Notes: generated by a model not told the origin, from the letters alone. Counted from the stretch's first letter, positions 25,696 through 35,590 are shown. The stretch: DNA of 59,443 bases from Oscillospiraceae bacterium (GCA_034927165.1 JAYFQJ010000030.1:1-59443); one strand, 5' to 3'. Translations and numbers: made by a program.

Positions 25696-26709
25696 CTAGT
25701 TTTTGGAGGCGGCCTTCTCCTGCTTGCGGTAGGCGTTGAAGGCGTCGATATTGTCCCGGACGAAGCCGAGGCGCATCTGCGGGTTGCGCTGCGCCATCTG
25801 CTGCATGATCTGCTCGAGCGTGCCCGCGTACTTTTTCCCCACGGGGTTGACGGCGAGGTTGACCTGACCGCAGAAGGCGGCCGCGGCGACGAGCGTTTCG
25901 GCGCTCTTGATGAAATAGATGCGCTGGATGCGCATGAAGCTCCAGAAGATATCCTCATACCGCAGCACCGCGCCGCTCGCGGGGCTGTAGACGAAGTCGC
26001 GCGACAGCATGATGTTCTGCGTCCGATAGGCGACGTTGTCCGGCGCGGTGAGCTGGTCGGCGGCGGCGTCGAGCAGCCCGAGGGAATCCAGCCGCGCAAG
26101 GCATTTCTTCGTCGTGCGGTTCTTCGGCAGCGCGCTCAGGAACATGAACAGCGCCATCAAACCCGAAAACAGCGCGACGAGCATGAAGATGCCGCCCGTG
26201 TCGCTTGAGGGCTGAGAGGTGGCGTTGAGATAATACGGCCCGAAGTTTGTGTAATACTCGTCGGCGTCCTGCATCGACCATGCGTTTGCGAGCGCCTCGG
26301 CGATCTCGGAGGACGCGCGCGCGCACAGGCCGCTGATGCGGTAGGCGTCCGGCGCGGGATCATCCTCGGTGCCGGTCATAAAGTAATTATACTGCGCGCT
26401 CATGGCGGCAAACTGCGTGTCGGACAAGCAGGCGGTGTACCAGTATCTGTCCGCGTCCATCACCGAGTAGTAGGTGCCGCTGTCCGTCTTATACAGCCAG
26501 TTGGACACGAGCACGGCGTCTATGTAGGCGTAATCGCCGACGGGCGTCTCGGCGGGATAAAAGGGCTCCGCCTGCGGCTTTACGTAGCTCGCCTCGCTCA
26601 CGGCGGCGCCGACGATGCACGCGACGCACAGCGCGGCGCAGATGATCGCGGCGATCAGTGTCGCGTTCGAGGCTTTCAGATACTTTTCAAGTGCTTTTCT
26701 GGATTCCAT
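25696..26709 (-). CDS. Membrane-anchored protein of unknown function
   Basis: An N-terminal TM segment and an internal TM segment (GGIFMLVALFSGLMALFMFL). GGGAGA RBS. It lies directly downstream of the ECF T gene. Confidence 0.6.
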   Translation of the reverse strand: MESRKALEKYLKASNATLIAAIICAALCVACIVGAAVSEASYVKPQAEPFYPAETPVGDYAYIDAVLVSNWLYKTDSGTYYSVMDADRYWYTACLSDTQFAAMSAQYNYFMTGTEDDPAPDAYRISGLCARASSEIAEALANAWSMQDADEYYTNFGPYYLNATSQPSSDTGGIFMLVALFSGLMALFMFLSALPKNRTTKKCLARLDSLGLLDAAADQLTAPDNVAYRTQNIMLSRDFVYSPASGAVLRYEDIFWSFMRIQRIYFIKSAETLVAAAAFCGQVNLAVNPVGKKYAGTLEQIMQQMAQRNPQMRLGFVRDNIDAFNAYRKQEKAASKN

Positions 26710-26768
26710 TTCATTCTCCCGTAATAAGATATATTCAACTGTAACCCGCTTTCAGGGAACACAGATCG

Positions 26769-27599
26769 CTAAACGAAGGGATTGTAGTAGCGACCGCTGT
26801 TGACGAACAGCGTGAGCGCGACGGACAGCAGCAGCAGCGCGGCGCACGCGGCCATGGACACCCAGTCCGCGGTGCGGAAGGGCCGCGCCCGGTACCAGGT
26901 GCGCTTTTTGTTTTTGCCGAAGCCGCGCAGCTCCATGGCGTTCGAGACGATCTCGATGCGGTCCATGCTCGACAGGATCAGCGGCGTCAGCGTGCCGGCG
27001 GCGCTTTTGAGCCGCTTGCTCAGCCGTTCCTTTTTGGACAGCTCGACGCCGCGCGCCTGCAGCGACAGCGAGATGTCGTGATACTCCCGCTGAACGTCGG
27101 GGATATAGCGCAGCGCCAGCGCCACCGCGTAGGCGATCTTGTAGCTCACGCCGATGCGGTTGAGTGACGCGGCGAACTCGCTCGGGTCGGTGGTCGACAC
27201 GAACAGCAGCACAATGGGGATGGTCGACAGATATTTGAGGAACACGTTTAGGTGATAAAACAGCTGCTCCTTTGTCACGACATAGTTGCCCGCGATCTCG
27301 AACAGCACATGGCGCGCGCCGTACAGCTCGACGCCGTGCTGCGGCGAGAACAGAAAGATCAGCACGTTGTTCATAACGCAGAACGCAAAGGTGAACCACA
27401 GCATGAAGCGCACATCCTTCAGGCGGATCCTGGAGACGCGGAACAGCGACAGCGCAAGCACGGCCAGCCCCGCGAGCAGCCGCGTGTCAAAGGAGGACAT
27501 CGCGGCGAAGGACCACAGCAGCAGACAGACGAGCTTGGTCGCGCCGGTCAGCCGGTGGATGGGGGAGGAGCGGTCGATATAGTTGAATATGTTTGTCAT
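26769..27599 (-). CDS. ECF transporter transmembrane (T) component
   Basis: IHRLTGATKLVCLLLW... N-terminus and the Ala-Arg-Gly coupling motif (LSLQARGVE). ATGA overlap with the ATPase gene. Confidence 0.85.
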   Translation of the reverse strand: MTNIFNYIDRSSPIHRLTGATKLVCLLLWSFAAMSSFDTRLLAGLAVLALSLFRVSRIRLKDVRFMLWFTFAFCVMNNVLIFLFSPQHGVELYGARHVLFEIAGNYVVTKEQLFYHLNVFLKYLSTIPIVLLFVSTTDPSEFAASLNRIGVSYKIAYAVALALRYIPDVQREYHDISLSLQARGVELSKKERLSKRLKSAAGTLTPLILSSMDRIEIVSNAMELRGFGKNKKRTWYRARPFRTADWVSMAACAALLLLSVALTLFVNSGRYYNPFV

Positions 27600-29302
27600 C
27601 TGCGGCGCACCTCCCGGTCGTGGTCGATAAAGCGCGTGACGAAGCCGCGCGGGTCGTCGATGCCGCAGCGCACCGCGAGTGCGAACAGCGACGTCTCCTT
27701 GAGGCTCGCGCGCTCGATGATGTCCGTGTCGGTGAGGATGGCCGCCGGCGTGTCGTTCGCGATGACCCGCCCGTCCGCAAAGACGACCGCGCGGTCGCAG
27801 TATTCGAGCATGAGGTGCATATCGTGCGTGATCATCACAACGGTGACGCCCGCGCGGTTGAGCTCGAGCAGGAACTCCATGATCTCGGTATAGTGGCGGA
27901 AGTCCTGCCCGGCCGTCGGCTCGTCGAGCAGGATGATCTCGGGGCGCAGCGCGAGGATCGCGCCGATGGTCACCCGCTTTTTCTGCCCGTAGCTGAGCGC
28001 CGACACCGGCCACTCGCGGTAGGGATACAGCCCGCAGGTCCTGAGCGTTTCCGCGACGCGCGCGTTGACCTCCTCCTCGCTCTTGCCGCGCAGCACAAGG
28101 CCGAGCCCCACCTCCTCGGCGATAAAAACCTTGGAGATCATCTGATTGGGGTTCTGCATCACGTAGCCGATGTGCTCGGCGCGCTCCTTGATGCTGTCGA
28201 GCGCGAGGTCGCGCCCTTCAAAGGAAATAGTGCCCTGCTGTTGCGTCTCAAATCTGCACACGAGCTTGCAGAAGGTGGACTTGCCCGCGCCGTTGCGCCC
28301 GACGATGCCCATCATCTCGCCGCGGCCGATGCTGACGCTCACATCCTCGAGCGCGCGGTGACCGTTGGCGTAGTCAAAGGTGATATCCTTCGCTTCGAGC
28401 AGCGGGGCGGGCGGCTGCTTCGCGGGAGCGGCGGGCGTGTTTTTGAACCAGTCGCGCACGCGCCGCTTGTTCTCCTCGCTGAGGGCGACGCTCTCGATGT
28501 GCTCGGGGTGGATGTCCGGCGTGAGCGCGCAGCCCGCGTATTTCATCGCCGTAATATACAGCGGCTCGCGGATGCCGTTTTGCCGCAGCAGACCCGCGCA
28601 CAGCAGCTCTGCGGGCGTCACGTCCGCGAGGATGCGCCCGTCGTTCATCAGGATCACGCGGTCCACGTCGCGATGCAGCACGTCCTCGAGGCGGTGTTCT
28701 ATAATGATAACGGTTTTACCGGTCTTTTTCTGAATATCGTCGATCAGCTCGATCGCCTGCTTGCCCGTCGCGGGGTCAAGGTTGGCGAGCGGCTCGTCGA
28801 ACAGCAGCACGTCCACGTCGTCCACAAGGACGCCCGCAAGGGATACGCGCTGTTTTTGCCCGCCCGACAGCTCGTGCGGGGCGTGAGAGAGGTGGCCCTC
28901 CACCTCCACGGCCTTCGCCGCGTTCAGCACCCGTTCCTTCATCGGCTCGAGCGGAACGGCGTCGTTCTCAAGCGCGAAGGCGATATCCTCCGCGGTGGTG
29001 AGCCCCACGAACTGTCCGTCGGAATCCTGCAGAACGGTGCCGACCGTTTTGCTGCGCTCGAAAATGCCCGTATCCCGCGCCTGCTTTCCCTTGACCGAAA
29101 GGCTTCCGGTGTATTCTCCGTAATAGGAGAAGGGGATCAGCCCGTTGATGCAGTGGGCGAGGGTGGATTTTCCGCAGCCGGAGGGACCCGCGATGAGGAT
29201 CTTCTCACAGGGTTAAATATTGAGTTCGATGCCGAACAGCGTCGGATCGACCTGCACGTCGTATTTGAAGCCGAAGTTTTCAAAGCTGATGATCGGTTCC
29301 AC
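27596..29302 (-). pseudogene. Fused double ABC ATPase of an ECF transporter (YkoD-like), interrupted by an in-frame TAA
   Basis: A 569-codon frame runs from the GTG at 29302. Codon 30 is TAA (29213-29215): ..GIELNI*PCEKILIAGPSGCGKSTL. Both Walker A sites (GPSGCGKS, GRNGAGKS) and signature motifs (LSGGQKQR, LSYGQKKR) are otherwise intact. Confidence 0.8.
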
Positions 29303-29376
29303 GTTTTTCGCTCCTAAAAATCAAACGCAAAGGCGGACGTGCGCCCGCCTTTGCGCCGATGGTTTGTCACAGAGAC

Positions 29377-29925
29377 TTATTTCTTTTCGAGGCTGTTCTT
29401 CTTGGGCTTCGCGGCGGCGTACGCGATGCAAAGCAGCGTGCCGACGATGGCGGTGGTCACGATGTTCGCTGCTGCGGCGACGGCGCCCTGCAGGAAGACC
29501 TTATTCGCGGGCTCCGCATAGATGACGATGTCGAGCACCGGCGCGACGACGATCCATGCGACGATATGTGCGACGATCTGGTAGAGGTTGAAGCGAAGGA
29601 TGCTCTTCGGGCCGAACTGCTCGCGGCCGATGGCGGTCTTTTTGCTGACGAGGCCCATGATGAAGCCCGCGACGCCGGAGGCTATGACCCAGCTCCACCA
29701 GATGCCCCAACCGTAGGAGAAGTCGATGAGCGTGTGGCCGATAAGTCCGACGAACAGGCCGACGATCGGTCCGTACAAGCAGGCGATGAAGCCGAGCAGG
29801 CCGTACTGGATGCTGATGGTCGTGTTGGCCACCGGGCTCGGGATCGCGACGAAGCGGCCGAGCACAAAGAACAGCGCGGCGCCGATGCCGATGGCGACGA
29901 TGTGCTTTACAGAGAATTTTTCCAT
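29377..29925 (-). CDS. ECF transporter substrate-specific (S) component, UPF0397-like
   Basis: MEKFSVKHIVAIGIGAALFFVLGRFVAIP..TTISIQYGLL. 182-aa, six-helix hydrophobic protein. Confidence 0.75.
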   Translation of the reverse strand: MEKFSVKHIVAIGIGAALFFVLGRFVAIPSPVANTTISIQYGLLGFIACLYGPIVGLFVGLIGHTLIDFSYGWGIWWSWVIASGVAGFIMGLVSKKTAIGREQFGPKSILRFNLYQIVAHIVAWIVVAPVLDIVIYAEPANKVFLQGAVAAAANIVTTAIVGTLLCIAYAAAKPKKNSLEKK

Positions 29926-29993
29926 ATTCCGTATACTCCTCATTAAGTGTTTATGTAAGCGGGCGGCGGGTTGCCGCCCGGCTGACACCGAGC

Positions 29994-30839
29994 TTATGCC
30001 TTGCGCAGACGCACCTGCCAGTGGGTGCCGTGGCCGACGCTGTAGGCCTTCGCGAAGCTGCCCTGATTGATCGCGACCGCGATGCGGTACAGGGAATTGA
30101 GATAGACGATGGGCTCGCCGATGTTGACGTCGGCGAAGGAGTGGCCGTAGGTGACGGTGTTGCTGTACACGAGCGCGCCGCCGTTTTGGATCTCGACCCG
30201 GACGCGGTCGCCGTATTGTGCGCCCGTTTTCGCGAAATCCTCGTGCAGGATATTCGTCCAAAGGCTGCCGTAGCGGCCGTCGTGGATGTCGACGCAGCCG
30301 CTCACCCAGCCGTCTGAAAAGGTCACCTCGCCCGTGGGCAGCTCCAGAATATCCGCGACGGGCAGCGCGCCGCCGACGTGCTCAAAGTCGATCGCGCCGC
30401 TCGCGAGCCGCGCGCCGGTGTAGGCGTAGACGTCGCGCCCGTGAAAGGTGTAGCTGAGCGCCGTGCCCGCGCGGCGGTTGACCGACTCGTCGATCTCGCG
30501 CACCGCGTCGACGCCGACGTAGAGCTTTATATGGGTGAGGGTGCCGTTGTCGGGCGTCACGATGTACTGACCCGATTTCGTGCGCGCGGCGACGCTTTTG
30601 CGGGCGCTGCCGACGCCGGGATCGACGACGGACACAAATACGGTGCCTGCGGGCCAGTAGCTGACCGTCTGAAACAGGCCGTAGGAGGCCGACCAGATGT
30701 CGTACGGCGTGATGTCGTGCGTCAGGTCCTCGACCTTGAGCCGGTCGCTCACGCCGAGCGCCACGCCGTGCATCGTGCACACCGCGCCGTCCGTCAGGCC
30801 GAAATCACTTTGAAAAACAAGCAGTCCGTTTGCGTCCAT
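29994..30839 (-). CDS. SAM hydrolase / SAM-dependent halogenase-family protein (DUF62, SAM hydroxide adenosyltransferase-like)
   Basis: LVFQSDFGLTDGAVCTMHGV...VFVSVVDPGVGSARK...IVTPDNGTLTHI are hallmark DUF62 motifs. Confidence 0.85.
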   Translation of the reverse strand: MDANGLLVFQSDFGLTDGAVCTMHGVALGVSDRLKVEDLTHDITPYDIWSASYGLFQTVSYWPAGTVFVSVVDPGVGSARKSVAARTKSGQYIVTPDNGTLTHIKLYVGVDAVREIDESVNRRAGTALSYTFHGRDVYAYTGARLASGAIDFEHVGGALPVADILELPTGEVTFSDGWVSGCVDIHDGRYGSLWTNILHEDFAKTGAQYGDRVRVEIQNGGALVYSNTVTYGHSFADVNIGEPIVYLNSLYRIAVAINQGSFAKAYSVGHGTHWQVRLRKA

Positions 30840-30870
30840 ACCCCTGTCCTTTATTCACAAATACGTAACA

Positions 30871-30899
30871 ATTATACCCCACTCCGCGCCTGCTTTCAA
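30871..30899 (-). promoter_or_regulatory. Sigma-A-type promoter of the DUF62-ECF operon
   Basis: On the minus strand: TTGAAA (30894-30899), 17 nt, then TATAAT (30871-30876). The leader is short, leaving no room for a riboswitch. Confidence 0.55.
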
Positions 30900-30934
30900 G
30901 TAAAAAGGCGCGATTCTTCATTTTCGGGGGCGGC

Positions 30935-30972
30935 AAAAACAAAAACGCCGCGGGAAAGGCTCCCCGACGGCG
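30935..30972 (-). terminator. Terminator after the alpha/beta-hydrolase gene
   Basis: Imperfect GC hairpin (30946-30954 pairs with 30963-30972). It is followed on the minus strand by TTTTTGTTTTT. Confidence 0.55.
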
Positions 30973-30980
30973 CTGATGCA

Positions 30981-31784
30981 TTAAGAAAAAACGTCGCGCG
31001 CAAAGGACTCGATCTCGCGGTTGACCTGCTCCGGGTTGTCGCCGTTGGAAAAGTGCGCCGCATTTTTAATGAGATGCAGCGGACAGTCGGCCGCGCCGGC
31101 CCAGCGCGCGCAATACTGCTTTACCTTGCCGGTGCGGTCGCGGTCGCCAAGCAGAATGAGAATGGGGCAGGACAGGGAGATATCCCGGTTCTCGAGCGCG
31201 AATCTGCCGTATGCGACGCCCATCTGCTCGATGATCTGCGCTTTTGTCAGCGGCGCGAGCATCTCCTTCATTTTGTTGCAGGAGTAGTCCGTCGCGGAGA
31301 CGGAGCGCGCCATGCTCTCCCGCAGCAGATGATCCGGGAAGCAGCGCGCCATCGGCTCCACCTGCTGCAGCCACCACAGGTCGGATTTCGAATAATAGCG
31401 AAGGCCGAACGGCGTCGTGTCCAGCGCGACGAGGCCCGCCGCCGAAGCCGGGAACATCGCCGCGAACAGCTGGCTCGGGTAGCCGCCCATAGACATCCCG
31501 ACGAGCAGGACCCGGCGGATGTCCTCTCTTTCCAAAATACCGTGCAGCTCGAGCGCCGTTCGCTCATAAGTAAAATCACGATAGGGGCGGGACGCGCCGT
31601 GCAGCGGAACGTCCCAGGTGAGAACGCTGTACGCGCCGGAGAAATATGCGATCTGCTTTTCAAACATCGTGTGATCGGCGGTCAGGCCGTGCGTAAAGAC
31701 GATGCAGGGCGCCGCCGGGTCTTCGCTTTTCTCCAGCCAGTAGTGCGTGACGCCGTTTTCAGATTCGATCTGTTTGTGTTCCAC
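30981..31784 (-). CDS. Alpha/beta-fold hydrolase
   Basis: HGLTADHTMF oxyanion region and the nucleophile elbow GMSMGG. GTG start follows GGAG. Confidence 0.8.
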   Translation of the reverse strand: MEHKQIESENGVTHYWLEKSEDPAAPCIVFTHGLTADHTMFEKQIAYFSGAYSVLTWDVPLHGASRPYRDFTYERTALELHGILEREDIRRVLLVGMSMGGYPSQLFAAMFPASAAGLVALDTTPFGLRYYSKSDLWWLQQVEPMARCFPDHLLRESMARSVSATDYSCNKMKEMLAPLTKAQIIEQMGVAYGRFALENRDISLSCPILILLGDRDRTGKVKQYCARWAGAADCPLHLIKNAAHFSNGDNPEQVNREIESFARDVFS

Positions 31785-31826
31785 CGGTATCTCCGTCCGT
31801 TTCTTATTATCGTGTGTGCAGGCTGC

Positions 31827-33551
31827 TCACGCACGCTTTTCCCCGATGCGGCGCAGCGCCGCGGCCGCGCCGAGCGCCGCGCAGACGAGCAGCAGCACGC
31901 CCGCGCCGGTGAGATAATGCAGCTGGGTGCCGATGTGGAAATTGACCGCCTCAACATAGGCGACGACGCCAACGCGCAGCAGGATCGTCATCAGTATTCC
32001 CAGCAGCAGGATCAAAAGCAGGCCCTGCGGCCCGAACGCATAGGCGCTGCTGCGGAAAAACGCCCGCACACGCCGCGCAAAATCGACGAAGAAGCACGCG
32101 AGCGCCGGCCAGATCAGGATGCGGTACAGCCAGGTGATGCCGATCTGCACCGTGCCGCCGACGCGCTGAAACGGGTAATAGTCCGCCTCGTCGGTGCCGG
32201 CTTTCGCGGAATAGCTCGACAGACAATAAAAGTATTCATGGTACTCGGCGGCCTGCTCGGGCGTGGCGTAGCTCAGCGGCGCATAGGGCGACGTCTGCTC
32301 AAACAGCAGCAGCGCGCGCAGCGAGCGGCCGAATTCCTTGAGCGTGGGAGCAAGATAGGACGGATCGTACGGCGTGAGCATACCGCTGAGCGAATCATCC
32401 CGGTTGGGCTGCGCCGTTTCGATCGCGCCGCTGTCACACGCCGCGTTGATGTCGGCGGCGAGCTGTGTAAAATACGTCTGCGCCTCTGCCGCCGTCGTCG
32501 CGAGGCCCGCGTCGTAGGCCGCCTTCTTCACCATAAAGAAGAAGCCGCCGTGGACGAATTCGCGGGTGTCCGGGTCGCCGTAGCCGTGATAGTAATCGCC
32601 GTCGTCGAGATAGGCGCCGAGCGCGGCGGCGGACGGAACGGCGGCGTAGAGCTTCTGCCGCGTCTCATAGCAGACGTAGTTGCCCGTGTGCGGCAGATCC
32701 GTGTCGGCGCGGCGCATCGCGCTCAGCGCGTTGACGAATTCCGGCGCGGAGATCTCCGTGGTGATGTAGCGTCCATAGTAGATATAATTCATCGTGCAGT
32801 ATGCTCCGACAGGCAAATACGCCGCGGCGGCGAACAGCGCGAGGATGAGCAGCTTCGCCGCCTTTTGCCGGAGGCTTTGCGCTTTATCCGTCAGGACAAA
32901 CAGCAGGAACACGAGCGCGGCGCACACGGCAAAGGGCAGCAGCCACACGCCGTCGTCCTTTGTGATGTACGCGAAGCCGAAGCCGAGCCCCGCCGCGACG
33001 GCGAAGCCGACCGAACGGCGCGCGTTTTCCCTGTAGCGCAGGCAAAAGCCCAGCATTCCCGCGAAGAACAGCAGCACCAGCTGCGGCATGATGCTGTCGC
33101 GATAGACGCGCAGCGTTTCCGTCGCCCAGCTGTACGGGGAAAACCAGAGTATGAGAAAGACGAGCAGCTCGTATTTGCGCCGCCGGAGGACAGGCCCGTT
33201 CAACGCGCGCATGAGGACGAGGCAGCCCGCGAGATACAGCAGCTGATTGCCGATGAGGTAGGGGATGCGCAGCGCGTGCAGCAGCGCGATCCACACCGAG
33301 AAAAACATATTCTTCGTCAGCGTCAGCCAGCTGTAGGCGCCCAGCCATTCGCCCGTGCCGATGCTTTTGGCCGCCGTGAACAGCCACTCGTCGTCGATGG
33401 GCGTCTGCCCGGGATAGATGTGCAGCATCTGCACCGCGCACAGCGCGAGCTTGACAAGGATGAAGAACAGCAGCGTATAGCCGAGCTGCTTTCGCGTCAG
33501 ATCGTTTTTTAAAGCGTTTTTGATACCCTTGAACAGCCTTTTCATGCGCAT
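31827..33551 (-). CDS. Polytopic membrane protein, possibly a GT-C-like glycosyltransferase
   Basis: 574 aa and many TM helices. An acidic motif sits in the first predicted loop (PIDDEW), followed by a large soluble loop and C-terminal TM helices. The functional call is weak. Confidence 0.45.
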   Translation of the reverse strand: MRMKRLFKGIKNALKNDLTRKQLGYTLLFFILVKLALCAVQMLHIYPGQTPIDDEWLFTAAKSIGTGEWLGAYSWLTLTKNMFFSVWIALLHALRIPYLIGNQLLYLAGCLVLMRALNGPVLRRRKYELLVFLILWFSPYSWATETLRVYRDSIMPQLVLLFFAGMLGFCLRYRENARRSVGFAVAAGLGFGFAYITKDDGVWLLPFAVCAALVFLLFVLTDKAQSLRQKAAKLLILALFAAAAYLPVGAYCTMNYIYYGRYITTEISAPEFVNALSAMRRADTDLPHTGNYVCYETRQKLYAAVPSAAALGAYLDDGDYYHGYGDPDTREFVHGGFFFMVKKAAYDAGLATTAAEAQTYFTQLAADINAACDSGAIETAQPNRDDSLSGMLTPYDPSYLAPTLKEFGRSLRALLLFEQTSPYAPLSYATPEQAAEYHEYFYCLSSYSAKAGTDEADYYPFQRVGGTVQIGITWLYRILIWPALACFFVDFARRVRAFFRSSAYAFGPQGLLLILLLGILMTILLRVGVVAYVEAVNFHIGTQLHYLTGAGVLLLVCAALGAAAALRRIGEKRA

Positions 33552-33572
33552 CAGATTCCTTATTTACAACTT

Positions 33573-33776
33573 TTACGGCCCGGAAGCGGCCGGCGAAGCG
33601 CCCGCGCCGAGGAACAACTCATTTTCCCGGCGCCGCGCGCCGTAAGCGAGCGTCAGGCAAAACCGCAACGCCGCGCCGCATCCAGCTTCCGCGCGCGCTT
33701 CGGACAGACCGCCGCATACAGCTGTATGCCCGGGCGCGGCGCCCGTCGGGCTGAACGTAAGCGCAGTGAGTTTCAT
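33573..33776 (-). CDS. Small ORF (67 aa), possibly a relic of a flavodoxin-like gene
   Basis: TATAAT, then AAAGGAG 9 nt before the ATG at 33776. The N-terminus MKLTALTFSPTG resembles flavodoxin-type FSPTGGT starts. The rest is Ala/Gly-rich and unconvincing. Confidence 0.3.
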   Translation of the reverse strand: MKLTALTFSPTGAAPGHTAVCGGLSEARAEAGCGAALRFCLTLAYGARRRENELFLGAGASPAASGP

Positions 33777-33834
33777 AATGCCCGACTCCTTTATGGGTTC
33801 CATTATACCGCGTTTTCCGCAGGAAGGCTACAAC

Positions 33835-33861
33835 AAAAAAGCCCCGCAGTGCGGAGCTTTT
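33835..33861. terminator. Bidirectional-looking terminator after degV
   Basis: Stem GCCCCGC/GCGGAGC (one mismatch) flanked by A6 and T4. Confidence 0.65.
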
Positions 33862-33882
33862 CAGTACAGGGCAGACGCCCGG

Positions 33883-34743
33883 TCATTTTTTTGTTCCGGG
33901 GAAGAAAAGAGCCACCGTACCGGGCCCCACGTGCGCCCCGGTGACGGGTTCATAGCAGACGGTGAGGCAATCGCCCGTCAGACCACGCGCGCGCAGCTTG
34001 TCGAGCAGGCTTTGCGCTCCGGCGGGATTGTCCGCGTGCGCAATGCCGATATCGGCCGCCTTGTCGGCGGCGAGCCTCAGATATTTTTCCGCCAGATGCT
34101 CGAGCGCCCGCGCGCTGCCGCGCACCTTGTCGCACAATACGATGTGTCCCTGCTCGTCTCCCATCAGAATGGGCTTGATCCCGAGCAGATTGCCGATGAG
34201 CGCGGCGGCGCCGCTGATGCGTCCGCCCTTTTTCAGATATTCAAGATCATCCACGGTGAAGTACTGGCACATGGTATGGCGGCATGTCTCGATCTTCTGA
34301 CGTATTCCGTCAAAGAGCGCGCCCGCCGCCAGCATCTGCGCGGCCATGAGCACCAACAGACCCTCGCCGAGCGACGCGGCGTAGGTGTCGATGGCGGCGA
34401 TGCGGCGCTGCTTGTATTTTTCCCGCAGCTCCGACACGGCGACGGCGGCGGCGTTCGCCGTTCCGCTGATGCCGCCGGACATACCGATATAAAGCACGTC
34501 GTTTCCCGCCGAGAGATCCTCCTCGAAACGGTCGATAAAATCGCCGACATTGATGAGCGACGTCGTCACCTGCGCGTCCGCGCGCATCGCTCCGTAAAAA
34601 GCTTCGCCGTCGAAATCCAGCGTTTCATCGTAGACGGCCTTCTCTCCGTTCACATAATAGGAAAAGGAGACGACCTTCAGATGGTGCTGTTTGATGAGCG
34701 CGAGGGGAAGATTAGCCGAGGTATCGGTGTACAGTTGAATCAT
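33883..34743 (-). CDS. DegV-family fatty-acid-binding protein
   Basis: MIQLYTDTSANLP... and GISGTANAA are typical DegV sequence. Confidence 0.9.
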   Translation of the reverse strand: MIQLYTDTSANLPLALIKQHHLKVVSFSYYVNGEKAVYDETLDFDGEAFYGAMRADAQVTTSLINVGDFIDRFEEDLSAGNDVLYIGMSGGISGTANAAAVAVSELREKYKQRRIAAIDTYAASLGEGLLVLMAAQMLAAGALFDGIRQKIETCRHTMCQYFTVDDLEYLKKGGRISGAAALIGNLLGIKPILMGDEQGHIVLCDKVRGSARALEHLAEKYLRLAADKAADIGIAHADNPAGAQSLLDKLRARGLTGDCLTVCYEPVTGAHVGPGTVALFFPGTKK

Positions 34744-34920
34744 ATTTACTCCATTTGAATCCAAACTAAAGCTGTGCCCCGCACGCGGCGGGGGCTTTGC
34801 CCACTGTAGCGCATCTCTCGGAAATAGGCAACCTACGGATTTTCCGCGCCGCTCTACCCGAAAAAGCGGGACTCTACGCGCGGTAGGATGCCGTCTCCGT
34901 GCTGCGGAAAAACGGGGGAA

Positions 34921-34952
34921 TAAAATGCAGCCGCCGGAAAACCGGCGGCTGC
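34921..34952 (-). terminator. Terminator after the FMN-binding lipoprotein gene
   Basis: 11-bp stem GCAGCCGCCGG/CCGGCGGCTGC with a 4-nt loop, followed on the minus strand by ATTTTA. Confidence 0.7.
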
Positions 34953-34961
34953 AGCGCTTAT

Positions 34962-35405
34962 TCAGCGGTTTACGATGACTGTCTTGGTATCACCCGTGCG
35001 AACGTTCTTTTCGAGCGCCTTTAAAAGGGTGATAAAGCTGTTGGAGGTCGATGTCGCGCCCGCGACGACGTCGATGGCGTCGGCGTCGGGATTTTCAAGA
35101 TACTGATTAATAAGATCCTTATAGTACTTTTCCGGATAGGTCCCCTGGACGGATTCCATCTTTTCACGGTATTCCGCCGAAGCAGATTTGAGACTGCCGT
35201 CCTCTGCGACGCCGTCCGCCTCAATGGAAGCGACTGCGCCGTCTTCAAAGGTGATGACCACATAATCCTTGTAGCCGTGCTGGTCATAATCGGCGTATTC
35301 CGCGCGATAGGTCCCGTCCTGAATTTCTATATTACCACCGCTGCAGGCCGTAAATAAAAGCGCCGCAGCGAGGGCCAAAACAAGCAAGATCGAAAGTTTT
35401 TTCAT
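34962..35405 (-). CDS. FMN-binding-domain lipoprotein
   Basis: Lipobox LLFTAC after a signal peptide. C-terminal VVAGATSTSNS resembles the FMN_bind flavinylation motif. Confidence 0.8.
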   Translation of the reverse strand: MKKLSILLVLALAAALLFTACSGGNIEIQDGTYRAEYADYDQHGYKDYVVITFEDGAVASIEADGVAEDGSLKSASAEYREKMESVQGTYPEKYYKDLINQYLENPDADAIDVVAGATSTSNSFITLLKALEKNVRTGDTKTVIVNR

Positions 35406-35590
35406 GCAGGTTTTTGCCTCCTGTAAAAATGAACGCGTTTATTATATAATATACGCAGTTGGCTTGTCAAATAAACGTTACCGCGTAACCGGCGCGGCGT
35501 ATGAAAAAAGCCTCCTTAAATCAAAGACTATCTACGTTATATCTTCTAAATATGAAGATTTCAAGAACAAACATTGTTTCCGGAGGGCTT

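Noticed and set aside
30378-33512. Very long plus-strand ORF (1044 aa) spanning three minus-strand genes. Similar giants lie at 39752-42106 (minus, 784 aa), 27593-29317, 38233-39855, 47698-49428 and 10682-11692.
   Set aside because: They lie antisense to or out of frame with genes that have clear family motifs. Their translations are Arg/Ala/Gly/Asp-rich low-complexity strings. Such ORFs are typical of stop-poor alternative frames in GC-rich DNA, and none has an RBS at a sensible start.
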